Shown here piece after piece: positions 42,114 to 53,012 of a stretch of DNA of 64,000 nt. Position numbers and translations under genes: made by a program. Position 1 is the first letter of the stretch. Every line of letters begins with the position of its first letter. Origin of the DNA: Leptolyngbyaceae cyanobacterium (GTDB lineage Bacteria > Cyanobacteriota > Cyanobacteriia > Phormidesmidales > Phormidesmidaceae); the NCBI GenBank assembly GCA_965263355.1, contig CBDHHL010000032.1, positions 2,240,001 through 2,304,000 of the forward strand. The letters are read 5' to 3'. Below the pieces are notes generated by a model. The model made no database searches and was not told where the DNA came from. It worked only from the letters and a program-made list of their open reading frames with translations.

Positions 42114-43169
42114 TTGATGCTTGTAGTAACAACAGTAATTTCAACCATACTGTTTGGTATAACTGTTGCCATTATTATGATGCCAGCCAGCACCCAAAAA
42201 AAGAGGGTATTTTTGCAAGCAAAGAAAGATTTTATAGGCTGGGCAAGGGATTTCAAAGCTGTTCAGGTTGATAGTAAGGAGGAAACCTGGGCTAAAGATA
42301 TTACTATCATTATCAAAACGTTTGAGCGCCCTTGTTGTATCGTACAATTGCTCAAATCTATCAGACAATATTATCCTACGGTTCAGGTTTTAGTTTGTGA
42401 CGACAGTAGAGAAACTTTATTTCAGGATCAAGAATCGCCCCAAGCTAGCATTACCTGGTTCACGCTTCCTTTTGAAGCTGGCCATAGTATTGGTGCTGGT
42501 CGAAATCATCTGTTAGATCATGTTCGTACAAAATATGTATTTCTCTGTGATGATGACTCTGTTTTTAATGACCATACTTGTCTAGAAAAATTACATAGGT
42601 TTTTAGAAGAGTCTAATTATGACTTTATTGCAGGTGCAGCAGGGAAAGATAATGCCAATATCTCTGTTTTTGAGCAGCAGGGATCAGTTGTTTACCAACG
42701 ATTTGGTCGCCATAAAGGTGTGGTTAGTCCTGGTGTTGTCAGGTGCGATCGCGTCGATAATGTCTGGCTTGCTAAAACCGATGCCGTCAAGCAAGTTCGC
42801 TGGGAATCACGTACCGTTGCCAATGAGCATAATGACTTTTTTCTACGTGCCTCTCGACAGGATCTCAAGATTGCTCAAATGGCCAATGTGTATGTTGACC
42901 ATGATCGTAGCTGTGAGGTAGCCACTGGTATTGGTCGGCTAGTGCAATGGGTATTGCCCCAATATCATTGGGATCGCGAGTATTATAATTTAACGGTTGG
43001 ATCTAATAACTTCTTAGGAATTCGCAGCCATCAATCTAGACGATTAGAGCAAGAATATATTTTTAAGAAAAATGGTATAGACAAGATTGTGGATATTAAT
43101 ACTCCCTTTTCCCGTAGGCGGCTAAATAACTTTTTAAAGATCTCAGAACTTGGTATGCTCAATCCTTAG
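42114..43169 (+). CDS. GT-A glycosyltransferase resembling beta-1,4-GalNAc transferase (GT12/GT2-like)
   Basis: N-terminal TM; KTFER, SIRQYYP, DDS, AGRN and CDDD. Confidence 0.75.
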   Translation: MMLVVTTVISTILFGITVAIIMMPASTQKKRVFLQAKKDFIGWARDFKAVQVDSKEETWAKDITIIIKTFERPCCIVQLLKSIRQYYPTVQVLVCDDSRETLFQDQESPQASITWFTLPFEAGHSIGAGRNHLLDHVRTKYVFLCDDDSVFNDHTCLEKLHRFLEESNYDFIAGAAGKDNANISVFEQQGSVVYQRFGRHKGVVSPGVVRCDRVDNVWLAKTDAVKQVRWESRTVANEHNDFFLRASRQDLKIAQMANVYVDHDRSCEVATGIGRLVQWVLPQYHWDREYYNLTVGSNNFLGIRSHQSRRLEQEYIFKKNGIDKIVDINTPFSRRRLNNFLKISELGMLNP

Positions 43170-43224
43170 CTAAGAAGCCTGTAAAATATAGAAGTGCCAT
43201 GAGAATTAAGTCTAAGATACAGAA

Positions 43225-44295
43225 CTATAAGCTGCTTGCTTTGGTTACAGCATTACAGCCATAGGTCGCATAAAGGTTCCCTAAAAATCTGCCTGTAGTG
43301 CGTTGCATCCAAGGAATCATATCTTCAAAGGGATGTAGCTTCTTTAGCTTTCGTTGTCCTCTTTTGACGGAGGCAGGAATAAACACCTTATTACTTGAAA
43401 ATATTCTGTCAAACTTTTCAATAATTCTATCTTCATTCGTACATTCATTGGCAGTATTATTCAGAAAACGAGATTGAGATAGATAATGACGGTAAAGTTT
43501 CTCATTTTGATCAATTTCTTTAACAACTTCAATAACGGCATTAAATGATGGATAGTCATTGCAGTTGATGAAGGCTGCCGGATTGAAGTCCTGAGCGACA
43601 TCTGGATCTCCCCAATAAATAGGAATAGTATCGCCTACTAAAGATTGCATCAACTTTTCGGTGGTGTAGCCAGCATGTTGAGAATTCTCAAATGCCATAC
43701 TGAACTTGTAGTTTCTAAGGAATGCCATCTTGCCGACAACCTCATTCTCAACTTGATACCCAATATTATTAGCGACTGCCCCACCAGAATCTACCCTTTT
43801 ATATTTTGAAAGCTTGTTCAAGAAAATTAGCCGTTCCATCGCATTGGGATTAGAAATGAGACAGGCACAAAACTTTGTTTTCTCAGCAACAATTTTGTCA
43901 ACATTCCGAGGCTTAAATAAGCTTTCAAACTCTGTCTCATACATCCTGTACCATGGCAGCCTATAGTTTCGCTCAGTTTCAGGGTAATAACATGAAAATG
44001 CATAGTCACATCGATTCCAATTAGGACGAACACTTTCGCAAGAGAAAAAAATTCGAGGACAATCATAGTCCAAATAGTCGAGACCAAAGCAGCAATAGAT
44101 CAAAAAATCAGGATCATCGGATAGCACTATATTAAAATGTTTAGATAGCAAACGATAAAGACAATTGTTCTGACAAGTCTCTTTGGTAACAGGATCCCAA
44201 AAATCAGTAAAAAGAAGTTTTATGGGTTTAGAGTAGTTCATATGCTTAAAATCAAGGACAGGGATCATGATGAAAGTATTGATAAACTTTGGCAA
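43225..44295 (-). CDS. GT10 alpha-1,3/1,4-fucosyltransferase-like protein
   Basis: YKFSMAFENS..GYTTEK and IPIYWG. Likely start at 44241. Confidence 0.85.
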   Translation of the reverse strand: MPKFINTFIMIPVLDFKHMNYSKPIKLLFTDFWDPVTKETCQNNCLYRLLSKHFNIVLSDDPDFLIYCCFGLDYLDYDCPRIFFSCESVRPNWNRCDYAFSCYYPETERNYRLPWYRMYETEFESLFKPRNVDKIVAEKTKFCACLISNPNAMERLIFLNKLSKYKRVDSGGAVANNIGYQVENEVVGKMAFLRNYKFSMAFENSQHAGYTTEKLMQSLVGDTIPIYWGDPDVAQDFNPAAFINCNDYPSFNAVIEVVKEIDQNEKLYRHYLSQSRFLNNTANECTNEDRIIEKFDRIFSSNKVFIPASVKRGQRKLKKLHPFEDMIPWMQRTTGRFLGNLYATYGCNAVTKASSL

Positions 44296-45046
44296 CCGTA
44301 GTTATTACCATTCTCAAAAAATCAATAGCCAATCAGGCCTTTCAGTAGGAGACTTTGATCAGAGCATTCAATATACACCTAGAGATATTGATCGAGAATT
44401 TTGGCAGAAGAATCAGAGAGTTCTATCTCAAAAACGGGGAGCTGGCTACTGGTTATGGAAACCATATTTTATTAAAAAAGCATTAACCTCATTGCAGTGG
44501 GGTGATTATCTTTTCTATTGTGATGCAGGTGCCCATTTTATTGCTTCCATCAACCCATTGATCGAAATCTGTGAATCATCTAACCAAGACATAATTGTTT
44601 TTGAGTTGGAGTTATTAGAACGAGCATGGACCAAGCGAGATGCTTTCATCTTAATGGATGCTGATGTGCCGGAAATAATTGATACCCCTCAACGAATTGG
44701 AGGGTACCATCTGTGGAAAAAAACATCTTTTTCACTGAGTTTGATACAAGAATGGCTTGATTATGCGCAAGACGAACGCATTATTACAGACCTTCCTAAC
44801 CAATTGGGGCAACCTAACTATCCGGAATTTACTGAGCATCGCCACGATCAGTCTAGTTTAAGTTTACTCACCAAAGGGTATAAGATTCCTGCCCACCGCA
44901 ATCCATCCCAGTGGGGTAATCCTTTCATAGCACAGTACCCCCAGTCCACCTATGGGCAATTAATTCAAGGTACACGTCGCCGCGATAACTTATTCCAGCA
45001 AGGCATTAATTATATTTACGATATGAGTCTAGCTTTAACACAATAA
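44267..45046 (+). CDS. Putative glycosyltransferase-like protein
   Basis: RGAGYWLWKP, YCDAG and EHRHDQS motifs; GT-rich context. Confidence 0.5.
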   Translation: MMKVLINFGNRSYYHSQKINSQSGLSVGDFDQSIQYTPRDIDREFWQKNQRVLSQKRGAGYWLWKPYFIKKALTSLQWGDYLFYCDAGAHFIASINPLIEICESSNQDIIVFELELLERAWTKRDAFILMDADVPEIIDTPQRIGGYHLWKKTSFSLSLIQEWLDYAQDERIITDLPNQLGQPNYPEFTEHRHDQSSLSLLTKGYKIPAHRNPSQWGNPFIAQYPQSTYGQLIQGTRRRDNLFQQGINYIYDMSLALTQ

Positions 45047-45056
45047 AGAGGCCATT

Positions 45057-45854
45057 ATGCATACATATTGGATCAATATGGACCAATCTGTTGCCCGACG
45101 GGAGTTTATGGAGCAGCAGTTTGAACACTTGGACTATCAACACACACGGATAAGGGCTTATACACCTGAAACATCCCCTGTCATTCGAAAACCAGTTAAA
45201 TGTAAGCGTAGTGCTAAAGACTATGCATGTATTGCATCGCATTTCAAAACATTTCAAACTGCACTGCAAGATGATCAAGAAATTTTCATGGTCATGGAAG
45301 ATGATACTGTTATTCCTTTCCAAGTCGATTGGCTACAACTGATTAAAACATCGCCTCAAAACTGGGATATTCTACAGCTGTTTGTCATTAACAAACGTGT
45401 TGTCAGCAGACTTTATAATAACCGCTATAGGAGAGGTAAATTATGGCATCCCTGGAGCGTAAAACACTTCTCTGCCGGCATTTACCTGATCAAAAAAGTA
45501 GCTGCTCAACATTTAATCAATCTATTTTGGCATGATGGCACATTAGATTTTTCACAGCTCACCTATCCAGCCGTTATCGATGAAGTGCTGTATCGCCCTG
45601 TAAAGACCTATTCCCTGACCTACCCTGCATTTTTCTCCAACATAGATCTGGGTAGTACAGTACATCCAGATCATGTTGAACGTCATGCTCAATGTGTTTC
45701 TAAAATTCTTTCTATTCAACAAAATGGAGATATGCCTTCCTTTATTCATCCTATTATGTTTGATGTCTCCTCTTCGAATACGTTCACCAGTAATCCTTTC
45801 TCTGCCAAGACCTGGCCTTTTTCCTTGGCCTCTGTTTTTTCTAGAACAACTTGA
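45057..45854 (+). CDS. GT25-family glycosyltransferase
   Basis: YWINMD..RR, CIASH, MEDD and AGIYLI. Confidence 0.75.
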   Translation: MHTYWINMDQSVARREFMEQQFEHLDYQHTRIRAYTPETSPVIRKPVKCKRSAKDYACIASHFKTFQTALQDDQEIFMVMEDDTVIPFQVDWLQLIKTSPQNWDILQLFVINKRVVSRLYNNRYRRGKLWHPWSVKHFSAGIYLIKKVAAQHLINLFWHDGTLDFSQLTYPAVIDEVLYRPVKTYSLTYPAFFSNIDLGSTVHPDHVERHAQCVSKILSIQQNGDMPSFIHPIMFDVSSSNTFTSNPFSAKTWPFSLASVFSRTT

Positions 45855-47230
45855 TCATTATTGCTGCCCACAATTTTCATTTAAATATGAGAAAATTATA
45901 TATTCCTGTCTTTTCTAATGCAATTCAGTCTAAGCGATTCTCCATCGCTAAAGGCAACCCTGGCGTTGGGGGCACTGAGTTTAACTCCATTATTCTGGCG
46001 TTAACCCTAGCATCAGCCCATTTAAATTGGCAGATAGTTTTGGGCCATCAACATCCGATTATTCTTGAAGATGCTCCTTCAAACATAGTCCAGGAAATAT
46101 TTCCAGATATTTCAGCCTTCTTAAAGGCTTTAAAGTTATGTCCAACAGATCGAGCAATTGTGCCAGCCTTGATATTGATTAAGGCATGTACAGATCTGAT
46201 TAAACAAGTAGAACAGCAAATAGTATGTTGGAGTCATCACCCGTTTGATGTTGAAGCACAAATATTAAATTCTAGAGCAGATTTCAGAGCTATAGTATGT
46301 GTTGGGACCTACCAATTTTATTCAAATACAAATCTTCGCTCAAAGATTTACCATATACAGAATCTTTTTTATCTGCCACCCTTACAAAAGAAGAAAAAAG
46401 ATCAGTATTTAAATCATCGAAAACTCAATATCTTGTTCTTAGGGGCTTTAACATTGGGTAAGGGGTTTGCAGAAATTGCTAAGGCTTGGAAATCTCTTAA
46501 GCAGAAATTTCCAGATGTAAAACTACATGTGATTGGCTCCTCTGCGACCTACGGCTGGCCGACTGAGGCTGAGCTGGTACCCACCTCAAAAAAATATGCT
46601 AGTCAGATTCTTCGATCTATTCCTGAAGATGATATCCATCAGGGGCGCGTTATTTTCCATGGCAACCTCGGCATAGAAAAGTGGGATATCATGGCTCAAT
46701 GCGATATTGCACTCCTCAATCCTACTGGTCAAACTGAGGCATTTCCGGCCTCAGTTCTTGAGTGTATGGCCTGCGGTATTCCTGTCATTGCTTCAAACGA
46801 CTATGGTATGTCAGATACCATGAGATTTTTTCCTGAACTCGTTATCAATAACCATAAAAATATTACTGATAAGGTTGAGTGGCTGATTTCTAACCCATCC
46901 AGATATCGTGAGATGCAACAACGATCCTTAGCCATTGCTCAAGAGTTTAGCTCGCAGACAAATGTAATTGTGAAACGTTGGCATAAACTGGTAGAGGCAA
47001 TCTCTTCAAGTATCTCTGAGAGTCAACAATTGAGATTGGAGTTATCCCCAACGTTGCCTTTCTTTGGGGTAAAAGCAAAACTTCGTCGCCGTCAATTTTT
47101 TCAATCATACTTCATATTGAAAATGCGATGGAACATGTTCAGGAGTAATTTAGTATATAAAGCTAAAAACCAAAACTTAAACTCTGAAAAACCTTTAAAT
47201 AATATGACTATCGTGGAGAACCAAAGGTGA
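45851..47230 (+). CDS. GT4-family glycosyltransferase
   Basis: GKG and EAFPASVLECMACGIPVI. Confidence 0.8.
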   Translation: MIIIAAHNFHLNMRKLYIPVFSNAIQSKRFSIAKGNPGVGGTEFNSIILALTLASAHLNWQIVLGHQHPIILEDAPSNIVQEIFPDISAFLKALKLCPTDRAIVPALILIKACTDLIKQVEQQIVCWSHHPFDVEAQILNSRADFRAIVCVGTYQFYSNTNLRSKIYHIQNLFYLPPLQKKKKDQYLNHRKLNILFLGALTLGKGFAEIAKAWKSLKQKFPDVKLHVIGSSATYGWPTEAELVPTSKKYASQILRSIPEDDIHQGRVIFHGNLGIEKWDIMAQCDIALLNPTGQTEAFPASVLECMACGIPVIASNDYGMSDTMRFFPELVINNHKNITDKVEWLISNPSRYREMQQRSLAIAQEFSSQTNVIVKRWHKLVEAISSSISESQQLRLELSPTLPFFGVKAKLRRRQFFQSYFILKMRWNMFRSNLVYKAKNQNLNSEKPLNNMTIVENQR

Positions 47231-47305
47231 TTTTATTCCTAATAAATGTACCTTGGTTGACCTGAAATTGCTATAAAGAGATGACATCCTCTTTGAGAGA
47301 AACTT

Positions 47306-48163
47306 TCAAAAAAAATGTAAAAAAACAAATATTATGCCTAGCAAAACTAAGAGAATTTCTACTTTAGGCATAGGTAATTTAAACCTAGCAATTAAATATA
47401 TATGCATCATTGCCATTCTGCCAAATTTACTTTTTTGGCATATCCTGTTTACATCGGTGATTGAATCTACACAGGATAAACTATCACAAGAAAATGTCTC
47501 ACTCAATGCATAAAGTCTTACCTTTTTTATATAAGCAATGGATGACAATAGCAAATCATCATTTGTTTTTATCCATAAACCATAATTTTCAATATAGTTT
47601 GACCATTCTGTTGAAGGGAGAAAAAAGGTGGCAGTGCACATAATCATGCAAGCTGCTTCCAAAACAGCAACTCTATTAAATTCTAAATTGTTATAAATTC
47701 CAGAACTGCGACTAAACCGAAATGGGAAATAGTAGAATTGAACTCCCTGAAAGCCCACCATAACATTGGTATGGCCTAAGGAAGAATAATTTCTATACAA
47801 AATGCTGACGCTATCTGATGAGTAGTAAGTGTCATCATCAAAAATAACAATTTGGTTTTTGTCTGAAAAAAGGTCTAGTTTTTTAAGCGTTTCATGGATG
47901 TAAATAAACTTTGTGGCTGGGCCTTGATCCTCAACTTCAAAGACTTTTAGGATGGGTTCAGACGTAATTTTTTTTGGTAATCCTGGATATGCTTGGTTTA
48001 GCCTTTTGTTAAACCTGGGATAAAACAGGAGAATCAAATTTACTAATTTAGTATTTTTGATGGATTCAATATTTTTTTCTAAATTTCCTACTCTTGTAGG
48101 TGTAGTTGTAAGCGATCCAATAATCATATTTGAATAAAGAGAATGAGCATTAGTATGCAACAA
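47306..48163 (-). CDS. Putative GT-A glycosyltransferase with C-terminal TM
   Basis: SLTTTPTR, DQGPATK, FDDD and NDD; visibly AT-rich. Confidence 0.55.
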   Translation of the reverse strand: MLHTNAHSLYSNMIIGSLTTTPTRVGNLEKNIESIKNTKLVNLILLFYPRFNKRLNQAYPGLPKKITSEPILKVFEVEDQGPATKFIYIHETLKKLDLFSDKNQIVIFDDDTYYSSDSVSILYRNYSSLGHTNVMVGFQGVQFYYFPFRFSRSSGIYNNLEFNRVAVLEAACMIMCTATFFLPSTEWSNYIENYGLWIKTNDDLLLSSIAYIKKVRLYALSETFSCDSLSCVDSITDVNRICQKSKFGRMAMMHIYLIARFKLPMPKVEILLVLLGIIFVFLHFF

Positions 48164-48573
48164 CCAAAAAGACCCTAAAGGCTAACAATCCATTCCCATG
48201 GTGTCAAATTCAGTACTTAATGCTTCAGGTCATGCTTTTAACATTAGTAGTATAATTATCTATTACCCTCGGACTATTCTGTGAAAATTTGGGAGTATTT
48301 TTGAGGAAAAGTGTAAATATATAATCAGAGTAATATTCCTTAGGAAAATCTTGGTCTGGGGCTAATCAGACAAATCAGTGGGCGAATGGTGATCGCAAAT
48401 AGCACTAATGCCGTTACCAGACACTTGATACGTTTAGCATAAAAGTCACTTAAGAAAACAGCGGGGACATGCTTAGACCAACCTGAGACTAGTATGGCCA
48501 TATACTAGTGTTAACACTGATGGCTCAAGGAAAGTAATGATGTTGAATATTCAAATATACTTGTTCTATTGAT

Positions 48574-50667
48574 ATGACATTGCCCTGTTCACGACCTGAT
48601 CCTGATGAAACGGCAATCAATAAACCATTAACATTCCCTTCTTCCTATAGACCAGAAATCGATGGCCTTAGAGCATTAGCTATCATTGCTGTTATTATTA
48701 ATCATTTTAATGCAGACTTGTTACCTAATGGCTTTTTAGGTGTAGATATTTTTTTCGTGATATCTGGTTTTGTTGTTACTTCATCACTGTCTGGCAAACC
48801 TAATACATCTTGGAAAAATTATCTTTTGACTTTTTACACTAAACGAATAAAGAGACTAATTCCTGCCTTAGTGATTTGTGTTATCGTCACTGCCATTGTC
48901 AGTTGTCTGGTCATCGATGTTGATCTGGTTGTAACGCTGTTACCAACGGGAGCTGCATCGCTTCTTGGTGTATCAAATCTACAATTGTTACATCAGAATA
49001 ATAACTACTTTGGGCAGGCGGCAATATTCAACCCCTTTACTCAAACATGGTCGCTAGGCGTAGAAGAGCAATTTTATCTTATTTTTCCCATTCTTCTAGG
49101 TCTTTGTGGCTATAGCCGACAGCGTCGATTTGGAGGTAATCGAAATCTGATATTAGTGATATCAGTCCTAAGTTTTTTTTCACTAGTCAATTATATTTAT
49201 TTATTTAAAACTAATACCCAGGCAGCTTTTTATCTAATGCCAGCACGATTTTGGGAATTAGGTGCTGGATGCATGATGTTCTTGATTGTCACCTATTACT
49301 CTAGTTCCTTCTTAGTACGCTGGCAAACTACTGTAATGCCTCTTCTATATGGACTATTTTTAATCGGACTATTCTTATGGGGCGGAATAGATCGGGCATT
49401 TGCCACTATTGTTACAGTCTGTCTGACTTGCTTGCTGCTGTGGTCTTTCAATCAGAAGGGATTTTGGGTTAGCTTACTATCCTCTAAAAAGATTGTTCGA
49501 GTTGGTTTACTGTCCTACTCTCTTTACCTATGGCATTGGCCAGTACTGATTATTAGTCGTTGGACAGTTGGTGTCTCTAAATGGACTAGTCCTATTTTAT
49601 TGATTCTGATTATTGGGATAGCGATGACGTCCTATCACCTAATTGAGCAACCTCTTCGATATGCCCAGTGGTCAAAGGCTCGATTTAAAGCCATTGCTTA
49701 CGGGGTGTTTGCTACATTGGTATCTGCCAGCTTTTTGTCGGCACTTAGGCATGCTCCCCTGAAAGGAAAACTCTACTCTAGCAGGTATTTTCCTGAGCAA
49801 TATTTAGCCTCCTTTAAATTGAGCAAAAATTATCATCCTTGTCGTGATGCCAAACTGGCATCTAAAGATCTTTCTGAATGCTTTCATCCTTCAACAATCT
49901 CACCATCGACATTATCTCCAAGAATTTATTTTATCGGAGATAGCCATACATACTCACTGCAAGCAATGGCTAGTCGTCTGATCGAAAAGGGAAATGTTGC
50001 GCAAATTGCTATGGTTGCAAAGGATTCATGTCTATTCTCATTTACTTTGGTAGACATCAAACGCTGGCTAGGCGATCTTGCATGCAGGAAGTCTAATCGT
50101 GCTTTTTTAACTAAAGTAATGGAGACTGGAAAGTCTGGAGATATAGTTGTTATAACAAATTTTTATGATGCTTATTTTATTCCGAAATCGACCTTAAACC
50201 CACAGCCACCTGCTTTCTTGGTGCCAGTGAGTGGGGCCAAACTCGATAAAGATAAAGCCTTGGAGATATATTCAAAAGAATTAGTCAATATTGCTCAACA
50301 GTTATCTCAAAAAGGGATCTCTCTAGTTGTTCAATCCTCTCTTCCTACTTGGAAAAATAAATTATGGGAATGTCAGGCGCATTGGTTTCGACCAGCAGCA
50401 AGTTTACCTGAAACTTGCAAGTTGGATGCAAGCTTGGAATCGCAGGATCGCTTGCCACTCTTGCAAGCTTTTAAGAAGGCAGCAGCGAATTCAACTAATT
50501 TACATATCTATGATCCATTCCCTCTTTTTTGTAATCAAGATCGGTGTAACCATTTTTCAAATGATAACGTCCCTTTATTTAGAGATGAAAATCACTTAAA
50601 TAACTATGGTGCAGAGTATTTATATAGTGACTTCCTTGCGTTTCTCAAAACACGCTCGTTGTTGTGA
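48574..50667 (+). CDS. OafA-like acyltransferase-3 plus SGNH domain (O-acyltransferase)
   Basis: IDGLRA, GVDIFFVISG, WSLGVEEQFY and SYSLYLWHWP; GDSH and DENH. Confidence 0.9.
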   Translation: MTLPCSRPDPDETAINKPLTFPSSYRPEIDGLRALAIIAVIINHFNADLLPNGFLGVDIFFVISGFVVTSSLSGKPNTSWKNYLLTFYTKRIKRLIPALVICVIVTAIVSCLVIDVDLVVTLLPTGAASLLGVSNLQLLHQNNNYFGQAAIFNPFTQTWSLGVEEQFYLIFPILLGLCGYSRQRRFGGNRNLILVISVLSFFSLVNYIYLFKTNTQAAFYLMPARFWELGAGCMMFLIVTYYSSSFLVRWQTTVMPLLYGLFLIGLFLWGGIDRAFATIVTVCLTCLLLWSFNQKGFWVSLLSSKKIVRVGLLSYSLYLWHWPVLIISRWTVGVSKWTSPILLILIIGIAMTSYHLIEQPLRYAQWSKARFKAIAYGVFATLVSASFLSALRHAPLKGKLYSSRYFPEQYLASFKLSKNYHPCRDAKLASKDLSECFHPSTISPSTLSPRIYFIGDSHTYSLQAMASRLIEKGNVAQIAMVAKDSCLFSFTLVDIKRWLGDLACRKSNRAFLTKVMETGKSGDIVVITNFYDAYFIPKSTLNPQPPAFLVPVSGAKLDKDKALEIYSKELVNIAQQLSQKGISLVVQSSLPTWKNKLWECQAHWFRPAASLPETCKLDASLESQDRLPLLQAFKKAAANSTNLHIYDPFPLFCNQDRCNHFSNDNVPLFRDENHLNNYGAEYLYSDFLAFLKTRSLL

Positions 50668-50829
50668 GAATAAAATCCTTAAATCTTTTACAGTATATAA
50701 ATCCTGAATCAGTTGAACGAGAGGAGCTTTCAGATGAAGACGGCGGCAATGTTCTCTTCGTTAGAGTATAAGAAAATTGCTAAAATTCGAATGAGATTTA
50801 GTAATAGCAATATTTAGTGGCAGAAATAT

Positions 50830-50859
50830 ACTACTTTTTAAGTACTATTAAAAAGTAGT
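50830..50859. terminator. Perfect 12-bp inverted repeat between convergent genes; possible bidirectional terminator
   Basis: actactttttaa-gtacta-ttaaaaagtagt. Confidence 0.45.
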
Positions 50860-50863
50860 GCCT

Positions 50864-52816
50864 TTAAAAAGATTCCTTTAGGCTTAAAAGTTGATCTGAT
50901 TTGAGATTTTCGATTTTTTGGGATAGCTTTCCAGATCGAAAAATCCTTACTGTATTGGTCTTTTGGCTATTCCCAAGTCCAAAGTACATTCGGTAATGCC
51001 CCTGGGAGCGGGTAGCTCCTTCGTATTGTCCAACCTGTTGAAGACGATTGACTTTATCAGAGGTTTCGACCTGTATTTTAGTGCCAATAGCTGGACGATT
51101 GCCTGAGGGGCCTATGATTTCGACTTCAAGCCAGTGGTTCTTAAAACCAATATTTCGATAAAGTATTAACTTCCATTTTGAAAGGGTAAAAACAGATGTG
51201 GAACGATTGTGGAATGGGTTAAGCTTCCTAAGTTTTTGCCATAAGGGATCAGGGACATTGATCGCTAAGACTAAATCTTGTCCACCATCATTATCTGCAT
51301 CAAACCAGGTGCAAAAAACAGCATTAATACCATCTTTTTTACTTTTTAAGAGATCTGTATCTTCAAACTGCCCTCCTTGTTGCTGACGATATATGCCTTG
51401 TGGAAAAACATGGAGATCTATTAACCCATCGTTGTCATAGTCAATCCAATTAGCCGCAATACTTTTATTAGGCAAATCAAAAGTTTGAGGAGGCACTATT
51501 TCATAACTGCCATTGCTATTTATCAACAAAGTATTTGCTTTAGCCGATGCTACAAAGATATCAAAATCACCATCGCGATCATAATCAGCACTGGTTAATT
51601 GCTTGACCTCACCGGCATGTGAACCAATAGGCTGTGATTTAAACTTACCGTTATGATTGGTATATAGAAAAAATGTGTCGCGACCAGCAAATAATAAATC
51701 CATATCTTGGTCATTATCAACATCTAACCAAATAAATGGACCCTCTTCAGAGATATCAATTCCCACCTCTGTGGCGATATTTGTGAACTGCCCGTTGCTG
51801 TTTTGCCAGTGTAGTTGGTTAGGATAAAATTGCTGAATTCCGCTTTCTCGACCGCATCCGGTATAAATATCAAGTTGATTATCACCATCAAAATCAGTTA
51901 AGGCGACTCGACGACCTGGACAAGTTTCCTTACGAATACCCATTCGCATTGCCTGATCTTGAAATAGCTCACCCTCATTAATCAGAAGAGTGTCATTATT
52001 ACGCAGCGAGTTAGTTTTCATTTTTCCACCTCCACCCCCATGAATAATAAAAACATCGGTGTGGTCATCGCGATTGAAGTCAGCCCAGGCCAGGCCATGA
52101 CGATCTCTTCCAGGGTCGACTATAAACCTGTGAGATATGGGCTGTAATTTCTCGGCACCAATATAAATATGGTCAATTGGAAGCCGCTCATTGAGGTAAA
52201 AGTTGGGCGTAAAGAAAAACTTTTGGGATTCTATGATGAGCTGACCATTGCCTTGGGATATTAAGTTAAGTGTTAGCTTCCCTTGATGTTTTTGACCAGG
52301 TGCTTTGAATTGACCGCGAGTTTTAATAATCGCTGACTCAGGTAGTTGAAGCTGGCCTAAAATATTACTGCCTAACGCTGAATAAGACGTTTTAAGATGA
52401 TGAGCTTTGACAATCAGTTGTGATTTATGCCAATAAATATAAAGGCCGGGCTCACTGATTAAAGGCTTGATATCAGAGGGTTCAGTCCCTGGAAAAAGAC
52501 TATTGTGACTAAGTCCTAATTTTAGAAGTTGATCCGTAAATTTTCCATGCCCATCATTGATAAGCAAGCTTTGACGGGCACGATGGTTCACAGTGTAGAT
52601 ATCTAGCCAATTATCATCATTTAAATCAGCAACTCCAAAATCAAACAAATGATAAGTGGTTCCTAAAAATTGTTGTGAGAACCATCGATTTGTTTTTAAT
52701 GGATTAATTACACTGTTTATCTGGGACCATGATATTACGATTAGCAACGTGATTGTTCCTAAGATAACTATCCAATAAGTTCGAATCTTTGAGCGATGAG
52801 CAGCAGTATTAACCAT
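50864..52816 (-). CDS. CRTAC1-family FG-GAP repeat protein with C-terminal ASPIC/UnbV domain
   Basis: N-terminal TM; repeated DxDxDGxxD motifs; C-terminal AIGTKI...SQ...FGLG. Confidence 0.8.
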   Translation of the reverse strand: MVNTAAHRSKIRTYWIVILGTITLLIVISWSQINSVINPLKTNRWFSQQFLGTTYHLFDFGVADLNDDNWLDIYTVNHRARQSLLINDGHGKFTDQLLKLGLSHNSLFPGTEPSDIKPLISEPGLYIYWHKSQLIVKAHHLKTSYSALGSNILGQLQLPESAIIKTRGQFKAPGQKHQGKLTLNLISQGNGQLIIESQKFFFTPNFYLNERLPIDHIYIGAEKLQPISHRFIVDPGRDRHGLAWADFNRDDHTDVFIIHGGGGGKMKTNSLRNNDTLLINEGELFQDQAMRMGIRKETCPGRRVALTDFDGDNQLDIYTGCGRESGIQQFYPNQLHWQNSNGQFTNIATEVGIDISEEGPFIWLDVDNDQDMDLLFAGRDTFFLYTNHNGKFKSQPIGSHAGEVKQLTSADYDRDGDFDIFVASAKANTLLINSNGSYEIVPPQTFDLPNKSIAANWIDYDNDGLIDLHVFPQGIYRQQQGGQFEDTDLLKSKKDGINAVFCTWFDADNDGGQDLVLAINVPDPLWQKLRKLNPFHNRSTSVFTLSKWKLILYRNIGFKNHWLEVEIIGPSGNRPAIGTKIQVETSDKVNRLQQVGQYEGATRSQGHYRMYFGLGNSQKTNTVRIFRSGKLSQKIENLKSDQLLSLKESF

Positions 52817-53012
52817 TCACTCTTAACCATGTGACTAGATTTAGCTTAATTCATTCACAAGTTGTCTATTATCGGCTAGCTTAGCTATATTCATTTTCCA
52901 TCTGGATCAATAGCATGGTCATACAGCATCCGAGCATAGCCTTGGTCTCTCTTCCCAGCTTTCCCAAACCCCTAACAAGTGGAGCCATTTCACTTAGGTA
53001 GATGTGAACACC

